64,000 bases of DNA. It comes from Azolla caroliniana (taxonomy: Eukaryota > Plantae > Polypodiophyta). Below the pieces are notes generated by a model, which worked only from the letters and a program-made list of their open reading frames with translations, had not been told where the DNA came from and searched no databases. Where the stretch lies: the NCBI GenBank assembly GCA_043228905.1, contig JBHGNT010000009.1, positions 19,964,001 through 20,028,000 on the forward strand, read 5' to 3'. Shown here one piece after another: positions 1-14,744 of this stretch. How positions within the stretch are numbered: the stretch's first letter is position 1; each line of letters starts with the position of its first letter. A program made the translations under genes and the position numbers.

Positions 1-453
1 TGAAGTTTTTATGTCAATATAATGAAGCACAGTGGGCTACTTTTGGAAGTAGGGAATTTAAAATTTTAAAAACTCAAAAGGATGGAACTTTTCATGATTT
101 GGGAATTAGATCACACGATCATCCATGGCGAAACTAACAATCCTATCGATTCATACAATTTGCATTTCAAATTGTAAAAACGCGACTCGAAAAGTTCATG
201 TGAAAACTCTCAAAAGATAACTTTTCAAGATTTGGAAATTAGATTAGAACTCATAGAGCTAGAACAATCCTACCATTAAGGAAGTCATCTCACATTTGAA
301 TAATATACAATTTAGAGTCAATACCAACATTTGAGAACTTAGGATGAACCAATGAATAACACAAAACATATGAAACATTAAAAACTCGAATTTTTTATTT
401 ATTCACAAGTACAAAGCTCAAAATGTAGGCCGTTCCACAATTATTTCCTTAAG

Positions 454-2661
454 CTACATCACAAAGGAAAGTGCTTGTTCCCACCAATAACGCTCGTCCT
501 TTGTAGAGTAGGATTGTGGATATCGACGACGACGATGCTCTTCATATTTATCATGCTTTCCTCGAGAAGTATGTTGTCGAGATCTTGACGATGATGTAGA
601 TTGTTCTTTTGTAGGAGGAAAGATGATCTCTTCGTCTCTACCCAATTCTTGTATGGTGGATCGATCCACATTGAAGGCTTCTGCTAGAACTTGTATTGGG
701 ATGCCATGATATACTGAGTTGCGACCCGCAAGGAATGAAATCGAAGGCCTATGAAGATTGCAATAATATCAAGTTATAACAATTAAGGGAAAAAACAATG
801 TATTGCTTGTGTGAAATATCTAAATGTAAGTATAAACTTTGGAAACAACCAAGAAATCATATAGCCAAGGAAAATTGCAATAATATCAATAACTAAAAAA
901 AAGAACAATGTATTGCTTGTGTGAAATATCTAATAAAAAAGAACAATGTATTGCTTGTGTGAAATATCTAATATCTAATATCTAAATTTCTGTAGTATTT
1001 TTAAGTATAAACTTTGGAAACAAACAAGAAATCATAGCCTACGAAGATTGCAATAATATCAATAACAATTAAGAAAAAAAAACGGATTGCTTGTGTGAAG
1101 AGTCTATCTAAATCACTAGAGCTTTGGAAACAAACAAACAAGAAATCATACAAGTTCTACATACCTATGTGATGTTACAAAGCCAACCATCTCCAGCCCT
1201 TTGTTGCCGGCCACCTTCATCGAGGGGAAGAATTGGGGGATGAGTATGAATGAGCCTCGGCTCACCTCCTCATCGAACACCCTCCGTCCATCACCGTTGG
1301 ATACTTGAATCCGTCCACTTCCACGAGTTATGTAGATAAGCTGGTGAGCATTACTAGAGAATCCCGGAGCCACCATAGCATTCTAGCAAAATACAAGAAA
1401 CCCAAGGATAAACATGCAAAAAGACACTTGTCACAAGCCTAAATGAGTATAGATGCTCTTGGCCCTTAAAAAACACTTTTTACCTCTTGAAGAGAGACTC
1501 TTCCCACACTAAATCCAACATGGTGAAGTGCAGGCAACTTCTGGGAGGTAGTGATGCTCATGAAGCCGCCATTCTCAACGAAGATGTCCGGTTGAGATAT
1601 TGGAGTGTATTGAAGCTCCTCGAAGATGTTTGAGGTCGAACGAGAAGTTGTCTCAGGGAAGCGTATAGGGCGTCGCACACGAATGATGCCAACCTCCTTT
1701 TGGCTATCAAGAAGAGACTCGATTGTGCCTTCATCAACCCCCCAAGCAATGGCTAGGGCCTTGTGACTGAAACCATGAAGGAAGGATCCGAAGCGACGTT
1801 GTTGACCACCGGCGAGTAAAAATTGCTACAAGCACATCGGAACAACAACATAGTATGTTTAGACATCTATGTAGAGAAGATATATAAAGAAATGGAGCCC
1901 TTCTTTTACACTTACATTGTAGTGACTATGATGAGATCCAAGGCTAGACATGTCACCGGCACACAAGACGCGAAGCACCTCATTCCCACCATTATACCAC
2001 CAATAGATGGTACCCTTCGGAAGAGCAACTACATCTCCCTTCTCCACTCGTCGAACATATGGTCGAGGGCCACTAATGCCACTACCACTATCACTAGGCA
2101 GAACAGCACCCATATATCCACAACCTAGCCATTATGTAATTCATGTACATTAATTAATGATACACTCCAAATACATCATTATTTCTTGATTATTTGTTGT
2201 CGGTTCAACAAACCACCCATATAATATGATATACCTTGGATCACATAAGCAACCTTGGGGACATTAACATAGTTAGGCAACAGCAAGCCATCTTCCTCTA
2301 GCTCTAGCTCTGCGACACCGACCGCAACATTTCGAATAGCGCGATCAACATTGTCATGCATCCAAACACGCACGACCCCACCTTCGGTCCGTAGCACCTC
2401 ACAAGGCTCCCCAAGATCCAGATTAAGCCACTCCTCCTCCTCCTCCTCCTCTTCCTCTCTATCATGATGATTATCAAGTGTGGAACTTAATGTGTTGTAG
2501 AGTTTCGACCGAGCTGCCGATGACGAATATTCGGAGGGAACATCATGAGCTTCCGACGACGAAGAAGAATATGATTCGCAGCAAACCACAGATGCTAGAA
2601 GCAGCAAGGACCCCAATAGCATCCATTGACAGTTGTAGTAGTAGTAGTAACCCAGCATCAT
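454..2661 (-). CDS. Legumin/11S globulin-like bicupin storage protein with signal peptide, ~496 aa, 5 exons
   Basis: Exons 2661-2235, 2124-1916, 1825-1484, 1382-1165, 748-454, all GT-AG and frame-consistent. Motifs GLLLPNYVNVPKVAYVIQG, KGDVVALPKGTIYWWYNGG, QFLLAGG, NAMVAPGFSSNAHQLIYITRGSGRIQV, SFLAGRNSV; hydrophobic N-terminus and poly-Glu tract. Confidence 0.9.
759..1150. repeat. About 3 degenerate tandem copies (~115-160 bp) forming legumin intron 4
   Basis: Recurring ttgcaataatatcaa / attgcttgtgtgaa / ctttggaaacaa..caagaaatcata blocks near 759, 875 and 1048. Confidence 0.8.
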
Positions 2662-2745
2662 ATTGAAGGGATATAATTGTGCAAACAGAGAGGATCACAC
2701 AACACAACCTGAGATTGAGGAGGACATATATCTTTTAGAGGTGTG

Positions 2746-2804
2746 TATATATGATCTATTCTAATGGCATGCAAGTGATTGTGCATGGATGTGTCCACTT
2801 GGCA
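2746..2804 (-). promoter_or_regulatory. Legumin proximal promoter: TATA-like box, two RY motifs, ABRE-like element
   Basis: TATATAT 2746-2752; CATGCA 2768-2773; TGCATG 2782-2787; TGCCAAGTGG on - strand 2795-2804 (one mismatch to TGCCACGTGG). Confidence 0.55.
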
Positions 2805-3434
2805 CCACAGCTCAAGGGTGTTGGTCATCATGAATGTATTAGTAAAGTTTGGTTTGACCTCGTCTTTTGCAAATATAAATCAACAATCATTGTACACAAG
2901 GTTTTCACTTCTTTAGTTCTTCACGTTTTGTTGGGTGGATCGTGACCTTCTAACCCTTCATGTTTCCATAGTTTTGAAGGCCATTTTCAAACAATACACA
3001 TTACATTTCCCACTAGTAAAAATGTAGTTAGGTGCTCTTTTTTTATTAATGACACGAAAAAAAAAACTCTAGCATAGCTTTGGTTGCACGCCGATATAAC
3101 CGAAGAGACAAAAAATATACGTTATTGCTTAGAATATACCCCTCCCCATCTTGGATTCATGCAAATGATTCCTAGTTTCAATGCAAGCACACATCCATTA
3201 GCAACACATGTAGAATTTTCTACCCCAACTTTGCCACACTAGAAGGCCATTAATGTATATCACATCACTTCCATTATTTGTGAGCCTCGTGCTATGTATG
3301 GATTTGTATTTGGTCATAATTTGACAACCATTACCATCACATTGTCAATTGAAAATAAATGAAGTCATGTTGAACCATTGCAATGTGGTGTTTTGCCTTG
3401 AGTAGTTATTTTCAAAGTTGTGGTGTCCATTGTC

Positions 3435-3625
3435 TAGGAGTTGGCAACTCAGCTCTCTTCAGGCTTGGGTTCCTTAATGAGTATGAGCTCAATTTGGGAT
3501 GGCTCAAGCCAAGCCGAACCGTTTAAGGATAATCGGTTTGTCTAAATTGGTTTAGGAACCGATTCGGCTCAAGTTTGAAAATTCCTAAATAGGTTAAGCC
3601 AAAACCAAACTGTTGATGACTCCTA
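3435..3625. mobile_element. hAT-type MITE with AACCG-rich interior
   Basis: Imperfect TIRs TAGGAGTTGGCAAC / GTTGATGACTCCTA; internal AACCG/CGGTT motifs; decayed TSD-like flanks ccattgtc / gccatttc. Confidence 0.6.
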
Positions 3626-5104
3626 GCCATTTCCAAGATAGTTCAAGCTCACAATTAATATTTCAATAGTATACACAATAACTATCTGGGAGCATCACAT
3701 GAAATGTTTTCTTACCTTTCATATTGGCTACAGAATCAAGTAGTGACATCCATCATGTCTTTTATTCTCATCAACTTACATATTTAGGAGAGAATATGAG
3801 CACAATTACATGTCAAGATTCCAATGCATGTTACATGTTGTGCAAGCTTGCAATCATAATTTCATACCATGTGACAAACCTTTGGAAGTCACGAGGCTCC
3901 TAATTTTATATCTTGTTTAAAGCTTGAAAGTAATACAAATATCACTAATGCCTTTGTTTACTTATAGACTATAGTGAAAGGTTTTCATGCTTGGTAAGGA
4001 GATAAAACAAAGAACATTTGACCTTCCTATTTGTAGCATTTAATCAAAGAGCATGTGCTATGTTAACCATCAAGATGCATCTACCAACAACAATTTGGCC
4101 CAAGGTTTGATAGATCGCTTATCAAACATACTTGGAATTATGTCTTGTTTCGCATGGTGATGTACTTATCGAAAATGGATTGGAGCCCATCAAAATAGTC
4201 CATTGGATTGCCTGATCTACTTGTACCTCTATATCTTCAGTTGTGCATACACTTTTGAGAGAGGTCTGAGGAAGAGACAAAAGCACCAAAAAACAAATCT
4301 CAAAGTGGCTGAGACAAAAACCAGGATATTATGTGAATATTGCAATCCAAAGTATGCTTCACATTTAGGAACATACTAATGAACTATCATGTAAGTTTAA
4401 CAATGTACTGAGAGGAAGGAGATGATCTAATGGTGAACTTAGGACTAATATCTATATGGCACCAGTCTTGGAAGAAGAGTACTTCAATTAGCAGACATTT
4501 ATTTCAGCAAAACATCTAGTTGATGTTTTATACCTATCAACATTTATTACAAAAGAGAAAAGGCAATTGTATAGCCCAAATTGCAATACTTTAGTATGAA
4601 TGATACTTTCATGAGTCCCAACGGTGATACACCTAACAATAGGAGTCGGTGGGACTGGGGTCCATAAATGTTCCACAACTTAGTAAACAATGTAGACCCA
4701 TCACAACCATGTCATGTTCCTCAAACCCTCAGATTATTAATAGAAATGGAGTATACATGGCTGATTTATCCTATTTTAATGGGTAAATATGCAATGAGCA
4801 AGAAGTACAAGCCTCAAATTCCAGCTATGGCTATGCAATATAAAATTGCAATTGTTAGGGTGTGATAAGAATAAATAAAGTAGCTAATTAGACCAATATT
4901 AATTAAACAATGCCCAAATAGAAGGCTTAGAGATTAACTCTCCACCAGATCATAATCTTCCTAGGCCAGACCAATAAGTCAGCTACTTGCCTATTTGAGA
5001 CTAAAGCCATTTTCATGCTGATTTCCCTACCACTATCCTTACAGTGGCTCGTAATGATCACTACATGTGTGCAAATTGCACTAATTCCATGGACGATTTT
5101 GTTA

Positions 5105-8391
<3,287 letters not shown>

Positions 8392-8467
8392 CCAGGATAC
8401 TACTGCATATTCTGAGAAAATCGTGATTGGGGTGGGGAGGTGCCCATGGATCAAGCAAAAGCAATGG

Positions 8468-8475
8468 GCGGGAAG
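8468..8475 (-). promoter_or_regulatory. E2F-like site upstream of DHFR-TS
   Basis: CTTCCCGC on - strand, one mismatch to TTTCCCGC, ~80 bp upstream of the first ATG; DHFR and TS are classic E2F targets. Confidence 0.35.
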
Positions 8476-8582
8476 AAAAGGTAAATATTATTGAATAGAA
8501 TCAAGATTCGAACTTGAGACCTGAGTGAAGGGCTCATCGCGATCTTCCTCCTAGCGATCTTTGCAGCTTCTTGGATCATCCC

Positions 8583-9346
8583 TTCGATTCGATTCGAATT
8601 CGACACGATCCATTTTGTTTCGACTCGATCCGACCCAATTCGTTCCGTTTCGATTCCATTCGATTCGTTCTGTTTTTGTTTCGATTGGACTCAATTCATT
8701 TCGTTTCATTCCAATTCCATTCAATTCGTTTCGATTCGATTCATTTTGTTTTGTTTCGTTTCATTCCAATTCCATCCAATTCGTTTCGTTTCGTTTCCAT
8801 TCGATTCATTTTGTTTCGTTTGAGTAAGTTCTAGTAGGCTCTAGTGGCCATTGGAACTGCATAGGACTCCGATGTTAGGCAATGAAATACTTTTAGATGT
8901 GAAAACAAACTCTTTTTCGAGTGTGTTCCCTTCATGCCTAATGAATGTAAAGGCTTGAATATATTGTATTTAGGGCATGTATGTTCTATGAAAACATATA
9001 TTTTCATTTGTTTTGTTTCAATTTGACTCGATTCGTTTCGTTTCATTCAGATTCCATTCGATTCGTTTTGTTTCGTTTCCATTCCATTCGTTTTGATTTG
9101 ATTCATTTTGTTTCGTTTCCATTTGATTTGTTTTGTTTTGTTTTGTTTTGTTTGAGTAAGTTTTAGCTGGCTCTAGGGGCATATGGAACTACATAGGGCT
9201 CCGATCTTAGGCAATGAAATACTTTAGATGTGAAAACAAACTCTTTTTCGAGCATGTTGCCTTCATGCCTAATGAATGTAAAGGCTTGAATATATTCTAT
9301 TTAGGGCATGTATGTTCTAATATCTATGACAACATATATTTTCATG
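8583..9346. repeat. Two-unit tandem duplication: degenerate pentanucleotide (TTCGA/TTCGT/TTCCA)n tract plus ~190-bp unique block
   Basis: Pentamer tracts at ~8583-8820 and ~9005-9150, each followed by a near-identical block tgagtaagtt..aggcaatgaaatac..catatattttcat (8821-9007 and 9153-9346). Confidence 0.85.
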
Positions 9347-12341
9347 TGGAAAGATTTCCTCCTAGGAGAAGCCAATGATATCTCTCCGCATACTTGGTGA
9401 ATACTTGGATTGAACTATTTGCTAGTGATGGTAATAAATAAAAACAACAAAGCTTTTTATAATCTCAAGGGAGATCCAACCCATGGGTTGGGATGTTTAA
9501 TAAAAATAGCAAAGTGTTAATTATTTGTCGAACACTTGGTTAAGTACCTAGCATACGTACCACGACCCATGCTTTGGCACTAAACCAACTGCAAAACCAG
9601 GAAAAAGAGGGATAAAAAAGAATTGCCCCTAGAGCTTTATGCCAACTGGCCACCATAATATGAAAGGGGATGACCTTTTTGTAAGTGAGTTATAAAAGTT
9701 ACCTTTGTGAATTTTTAGTTCTTCTTCTTGATTCTTTAGTTTTTCCCTCCACCTTGTAGTGATTTGAGTGATTAAGGTTGAATGCTACTTAGCCAAACCC
9801 TAATCACTCCACCTTTCATATGTGTTGTGTGGACATCTCTATTTAAATGAAGTATGATTAGTATCATCATGTGTAAAACCTTTACTTTTATGTTTATATG
9901 CTTAACACATAAAAGCCTTCGTAAAGCATTATTTAGCTTCTTGATTAGACTTGTCTTAGGGAAGTGTGAGTGAGAGTTCGAAAGATTAGGGTTTGCAAGG
10001 CCAGCGGCTTGAAAGTGATTAACAATTTCTCTTGCTTTTGCTGGGTTCGTCGCTAATTAGTTAGTTTTTTCGTCTTCTTCACTTCCATTTGATAGAGCTA
10101 AGTCTTTCTTATTCTATTCCCTCTCTCAATCCCAAAACGAAACATGCATATGAGTCAAAGAGCCTAAGACCAAAGCATCTATCTTACGTACTTAGGCTTA
10201 ACTTGTATTTAGCACAATTGTTCGGTAATATATACTAAGTGTATTGTTGCTTATTTGTCGCATTCATTATGAGCTAAGTGATTTATTAAGTGAAATGCTA
10301 AGTATTACGTATGAAGTCCCTTAGCTTTATTAAAGAAAGAGTGTTAGAGAGTATAATAAGTAGAGAGTTCCATAACCTCGTACCCCACATTGAGTTCATA
10401 GGTTTTGGGACCAAATACAACCAATTACCACCTTCGGCAATAAGCTTGTGATAGAAATGAATTTGGCGAGATTCTAATGCACATGTAGCTATTTGATCTC
10501 CCTAATTCACAAAAAGAATAGTAGCTAACATGCACAAATAGTTACAATACATAAGACTGGGTTAGGTTTACATTACGTGTGGGGGTTTCTACTCTTGATG
10601 TTGCTCGAAAGGAGAACATGGCACTTTCAACAACCTTCTACTCTGAAGGCATTTGCTCTTGTCTCTTATCTACAACTTCATTTGCATGATTTGCACGAAC
10701 TCGAGGAGGCCGGTGGAGAGAATAGTTGGGAATTGACAATAATATAACGCCACCACAAATTATAACATTGAGATACAAATCGACAAAGAATAAACAAGAG
10801 AAATATAATTATATTACAATAAATTATGGGCTATCAACTCGCAAAGGATCAATAATCACATTCTCACAAATGTGCCATTTCAAATGCTACATTTTGGCCT
10901 TTCATGCATTTCATACCCACCAGATGACCAACAATGCAACAATCTTTAAGTGAAATTTCAATTGTTTCATTAAATACCATATTAGTTCCAAACAATCAAC
11001 TATTTTTTGAGAAAGTTATTATCTAATGCAACCAATAATAGTAAATTGTAATGAAGATCTAGTTAAATATGTAAAGTTTAAAATAAAAGGGAATTTTGTG
11101 GTTGGTTTTGAAGGCACGACAAAACTTTTTTTCATTTCAATTTTCTTTCGTAGCTTAACAATTTACCTATGGAAGTTATATGACTTTTAAACATACACAA
11201 ATTGAAGATCATAAAATTAAAGAGTTGGTGTCCAATATGAAGTTCTAATGTTGAAACAAGCATTTGAAGTTTTCGAATTAGGTTAACTAAAGAACCAAGA
11301 TTCCTTTTGAAAATATTAGATGGGATATTGCAAACATCATATTTTATACGTTTGAGTTCTTTTGCAATACATTTGAGCATGTTGGACAACGAGCATCCCT
11401 AATTTCTACAAGTATTATTGCTTGTACATCATCAAATCTCCATCAATGGACACAACAACTTTTCCCAAACAGTTATGTCATTTAAAAGTAATCAAGGTGG
11501 TATGTAATACTTTTCAAATTGAATAACATTTAGAAATTTTGATTACATTCAAGAACCTTAAAGAGCTTTGCGAGATGTTTTCATATTGGATAGGTTGGCG
11601 AAAGAAGAGTCAAACTTTCTTACCTAATAACGCAACTAAAGATTCCTTTACCCCATCCCATGGGAGGGTTGATTTGGTAGGTTATTTCTACCATTTTAAA
11701 ACACAAAAATTAGTTTAGGTGGTTGATTGTAGGTATTATATCCTTCGTTCCATATCGACATCATGCTAACAAAAAAGAAGACGATATTTGTTCATTAGAA
11801 TGTGCTGACATTGGAATGATTAACAATGCTTCATAGAAAGCAAAACAAAATAATATAAAAGAGTGGGTTAAAGAAGGCACATCTAGTAAGCTTCTTAGTC
11901 ATTGGAATGATGGAGGGCACTTTGAAAGAAAGCAAAATGAAAGAAAGAATATGGTGAGAGATGTGAGAGGAAAAGTAATTGTCTAGCTAATGTTCGAGTT
12001 TTGAGCACCAAGGCACACCTAGAACAAAGATACCAAGGGGAATTGGAATGGTCAAAAGGCACAAACATAGAAAGGAAATACAAGATTCGACGATTACACA
12101 TGAAGGATCAAAAGCACACCAGTTAAAATCGTTGTATCTTAAAATGCGAGGGAGAGTGATGAGGGAGATTTCACGAGTTACGTGTAGATTCCAAGCAAGG
12201 AGAGTTCGATTCAATTCACGGGTGAAAGGAGACGAGGCAAGCTAATGTGTGCATGTGTACTTATGGGATCCAAATTGGGCAATAGGTAAAAAAGGAGAGT
12301 GACGAATCAAATTTTTATTGATTGATTGGGAAGCAAGCTTT

Positions 12342-12657
12342 CGATCAATCGATCGATTGATCGAGAGAGGCACATAGAAGGATCAATCGGAGGGCGAGCC
12401 TTTCGATGAAATCAATCGATAGAGACCAAGTATAGAGAAGGATCGATAGGAGAGCGAGCTTATGATGGATGGATGGATTGATCAATGGATGGATTGATGG
12501 ATTGATGGATTGATCGATAGAGAGCGATTGAACGACACACGGGCTTTCGATCGATCGATCGATCGGAAGAGAGGCACAAAGAGAGACACTAGTGTGAAAA
12601 GAAGCCATGTAACACTTAAAGGTGTGAAGAAGAAGAAGAAGAAGAAGAAGAAGAAGA
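12342..12657. repeat. Low-complexity ATCG/GATG/GATT tracts and (GAA)n microsatellite
   Basis: Repeated gatcgat/gatggat/gattgat at 12342-12565; (GAA)~10 at 12625-12657. Confidence 0.8.
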
Positions 12658-13055
12658 AAAACCAGAGCTCCTAATCCTTCATCTTCTTGTTCAGAAAAAT
12701 GGATGATGATGCCCTCTGCTATCCCTGTTTGATCCAGATGAAGCCCCCATATCCTCATGGAGCTCTCCTCGTGGGTGGAAACCATACCTCCTCAAGATTT
12801 TGCACTCGCTAAGTCCTCTTCTCTCTTGTTTGATGCATATCTATACTATCTTCATCAGAGAAACAGAGCACCATTACAGAGAAGGAACAGATCTCCATCC
12901 CTGAGAAACGGAGCAACCTCAGAGAAGAAACAGGGCCAACATTTCAGAAAACAGAGGAAGAGGGTCCTTTTTTTCCCCCTTTGTTTGTGTGCGTGCCATC
13001 GATTTATACCTTCAATCTTCACAAAGAGGGCTTCTCTTTTCCACCTCTCAAGGCA

Positions 13056-14744
13056 ATGTCAGCCCTGTACCCTCACGATGATCTCGAATCTGAACCTCTC
13101 GAAACTAGGATCAGCTTGCTTAAGATCTTCCATGAAGTTCAAATCCGTGAACATCGGCTTCTCCTCCTCCTAATGATCGAGGTAATCCTCTGCTTCCTGT
13201 TCTCCTTGGTTCTTGCTTTCTCTCTGTTTTTCTATTGTATACCATGCCATCATCAATATGTGGGGTATTCCGGAAGCATGAGCAAGAGTGACCCTTTAGA
13301 TGGGAGCATGTATTCTATGATGAATCATGATGTACATGGAGATTTCCATGTCACTGATCTGCAAACAGATAGAGATGGTATAAGCAAACCACATATAGAG
13401 ATGGTTAACCAAGATCCATCCGTCGACCTATATCGATTTAAGCATCAGTGGGCCTATCTGCTTCATGGTGGTGAGAATACTCAGGATGCAACAAATGACA
13501 TTTTTTTCAATACACCAAATGTGGTTTTGGATGGGTATCAGAGAAAAAACCTGAATAGGCTCAGTACTCAGGCTGAGTTAGAAGAAATGCAGCTCATGCC
13601 AAGTGTTTATGAGAAGATCTTCCAAGATTTAATGGATGAAGGTTTGCTCCATCTCCATGATAAGGCTCTTTGCCTAGGTACAAAAACAGGTGAAGAGTTC
13701 ACTGCATTGAAAAAGAAGGAATTGAAGGATGTGGTAAGCATAGATGATTTAAACTCCAGACATCATTCAGTATCTAAAGAAAGCAATAGCATATTCACAC
13801 AAATGCTTGTGGATGAAAGCTTTGATTTTGTGTTCACAACACTATTTGATGAGGTTCCATATTCAGATTTCTTTGTCGCAGAGATCGAACGTGTACTAAA
13901 ATCAGGGGGAATTGCTGTCATGCATGTATCTTTGGATGTATGGCATACTAAGTTCCTGTCAAGTAAAGGTGGACATAGCATAAAGCCTGTCACTTTATTA
14001 TTTCATCACTCTAACATCGTCTACGTGACCAAAGCAGAGGCATCTGGATTGGATACCATAATCGTCTTCAAGAAAAATACTGCAGGTTTTCATGAAGATG
14101 CGAAACCTAAGCAACTAACCTCTAAAGTAATATGGGCAGGTCTGAGTGTAGAAAATGATAAACATGATTCTTACCTTGAATTTGGTAAATTTGAAGGTGA
14201 GCGTAAACCACAATCGGAAAAAGAATGGTTTAAGGTTAGTCGATTCAACACAACGAATGGTAAACTACAACAGTTTAAAGAGATTTTGAGAGATAAGGAC
14301 ATGATCTATGTATGGTCAGGTGGTGCTGATAATGATCATACAGAGGCACATCATGATCTGAAGAATGGCCATCATTTTGGTGGAGATCTATTCCAAGCAA
14401 CTGCTAGTTCATCCAGTTGGATTCAAACTCGGATCAACTTGATGATTGGGAAAGCATTATCGGGAGGGCAGTCGGACTATTATGACCGGAAACATCCAAT
14501 GAGCTCAGGTTTTTCGGTTTGGCGAGAAAGAAGTCTGGTGCCTGATGATGTTCTTGTGGTCTTTATAGATTTGCAATATGCATTGGAGTTCGACCTCGTC
14601 TCGAAAATGGCAGAGAGTGGGAGTATCCATCTAATCGATAAGCTCTTTCTTGTGTGTGATCACTCTAGTCATGAGCTTGGGCAATGTATGGAATATTCCG
14701 AAACCTTTAGTAGCACTGAAGTTTTTGTTTGCTGTGGACAGTAA
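13056..14744 (+). CDS. SAM-dependent methyltransferase-like protein (Methyltransf_11, At5g01710/At5g03190/At3g53400-like); start uncertain (ATG 13056 or 13173)
   Basis: Intronless ORF with IFQDLMDEGLL..KALCLG, DESFDFVFT..FD..FVAEIERVLKSGGIAVMHV and C-terminal EFDLVSKMAESGSIHLIDKLFLVC; hydrophobic anchor VILCFLFSLVLAFSLFFYCI. Confidence 0.8.
   Translation: MSALYPHDDLESEPLETRISLLKIFHEVQIREHRLLLLLMIEVILCFLFSLVLAFSLFFYCIPCHHQYVGYSGSMSKSDPLDGSMYSMMNHDVHGDFHVTDLQTDRDGISKPHIEMVNQDPSVDLYRFKHQWAYLLHGGENTQDATNDIFFNTPNVVLDGYQRKNLNRLSTQAELEEMQLMPSVYEKIFQDLMDEGLLHLHDKALCLGTKTGEEFTALKKKELKDVVSIDDLNSRHHSVSKESNSIFTQMLVDESFDFVFTTLFDEVPYSDFFVAEIERVLKSGGIAVMHVSLDVWHTKFLSSKGGHSIKPVTLLFHHSNIVYVTKAEASGLDTIIVFKKNTAGFHEDAKPKQLTSKVIWAGLSVENDKHDSYLEFGKFEGERKPQSEKEWFKVSRFNTTNGKLQQFKEILRDKDMIYVWSGGADNDHTEAHHDLKNGHHFGGDLFQATASSSSWIQTRINLMIGKALSGGQSDYYDRKHPMSSGFSVWRERSLVPDDVLVVFIDLQYALEFDLVSKMAESGSIHLIDKLFLVCDHSSHELGQCMEYSETFSSTEVFVCCGQ

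Noticed and set aside
8561-9166. Phe/Arg/Ser-rich ORFs
   Set aside because: Translations of the pentanucleotide repeat.
9360-12250. Old LTR or transposon remnants
   Set aside because: Looks TE-like, but I could not fix termini, TSDs or coding motifs.
12345-12785. 146-aa minus-strand ORF with poly-Leu
   Set aside because: Produced by (GAA)n and ATCG low-complexity tracts.
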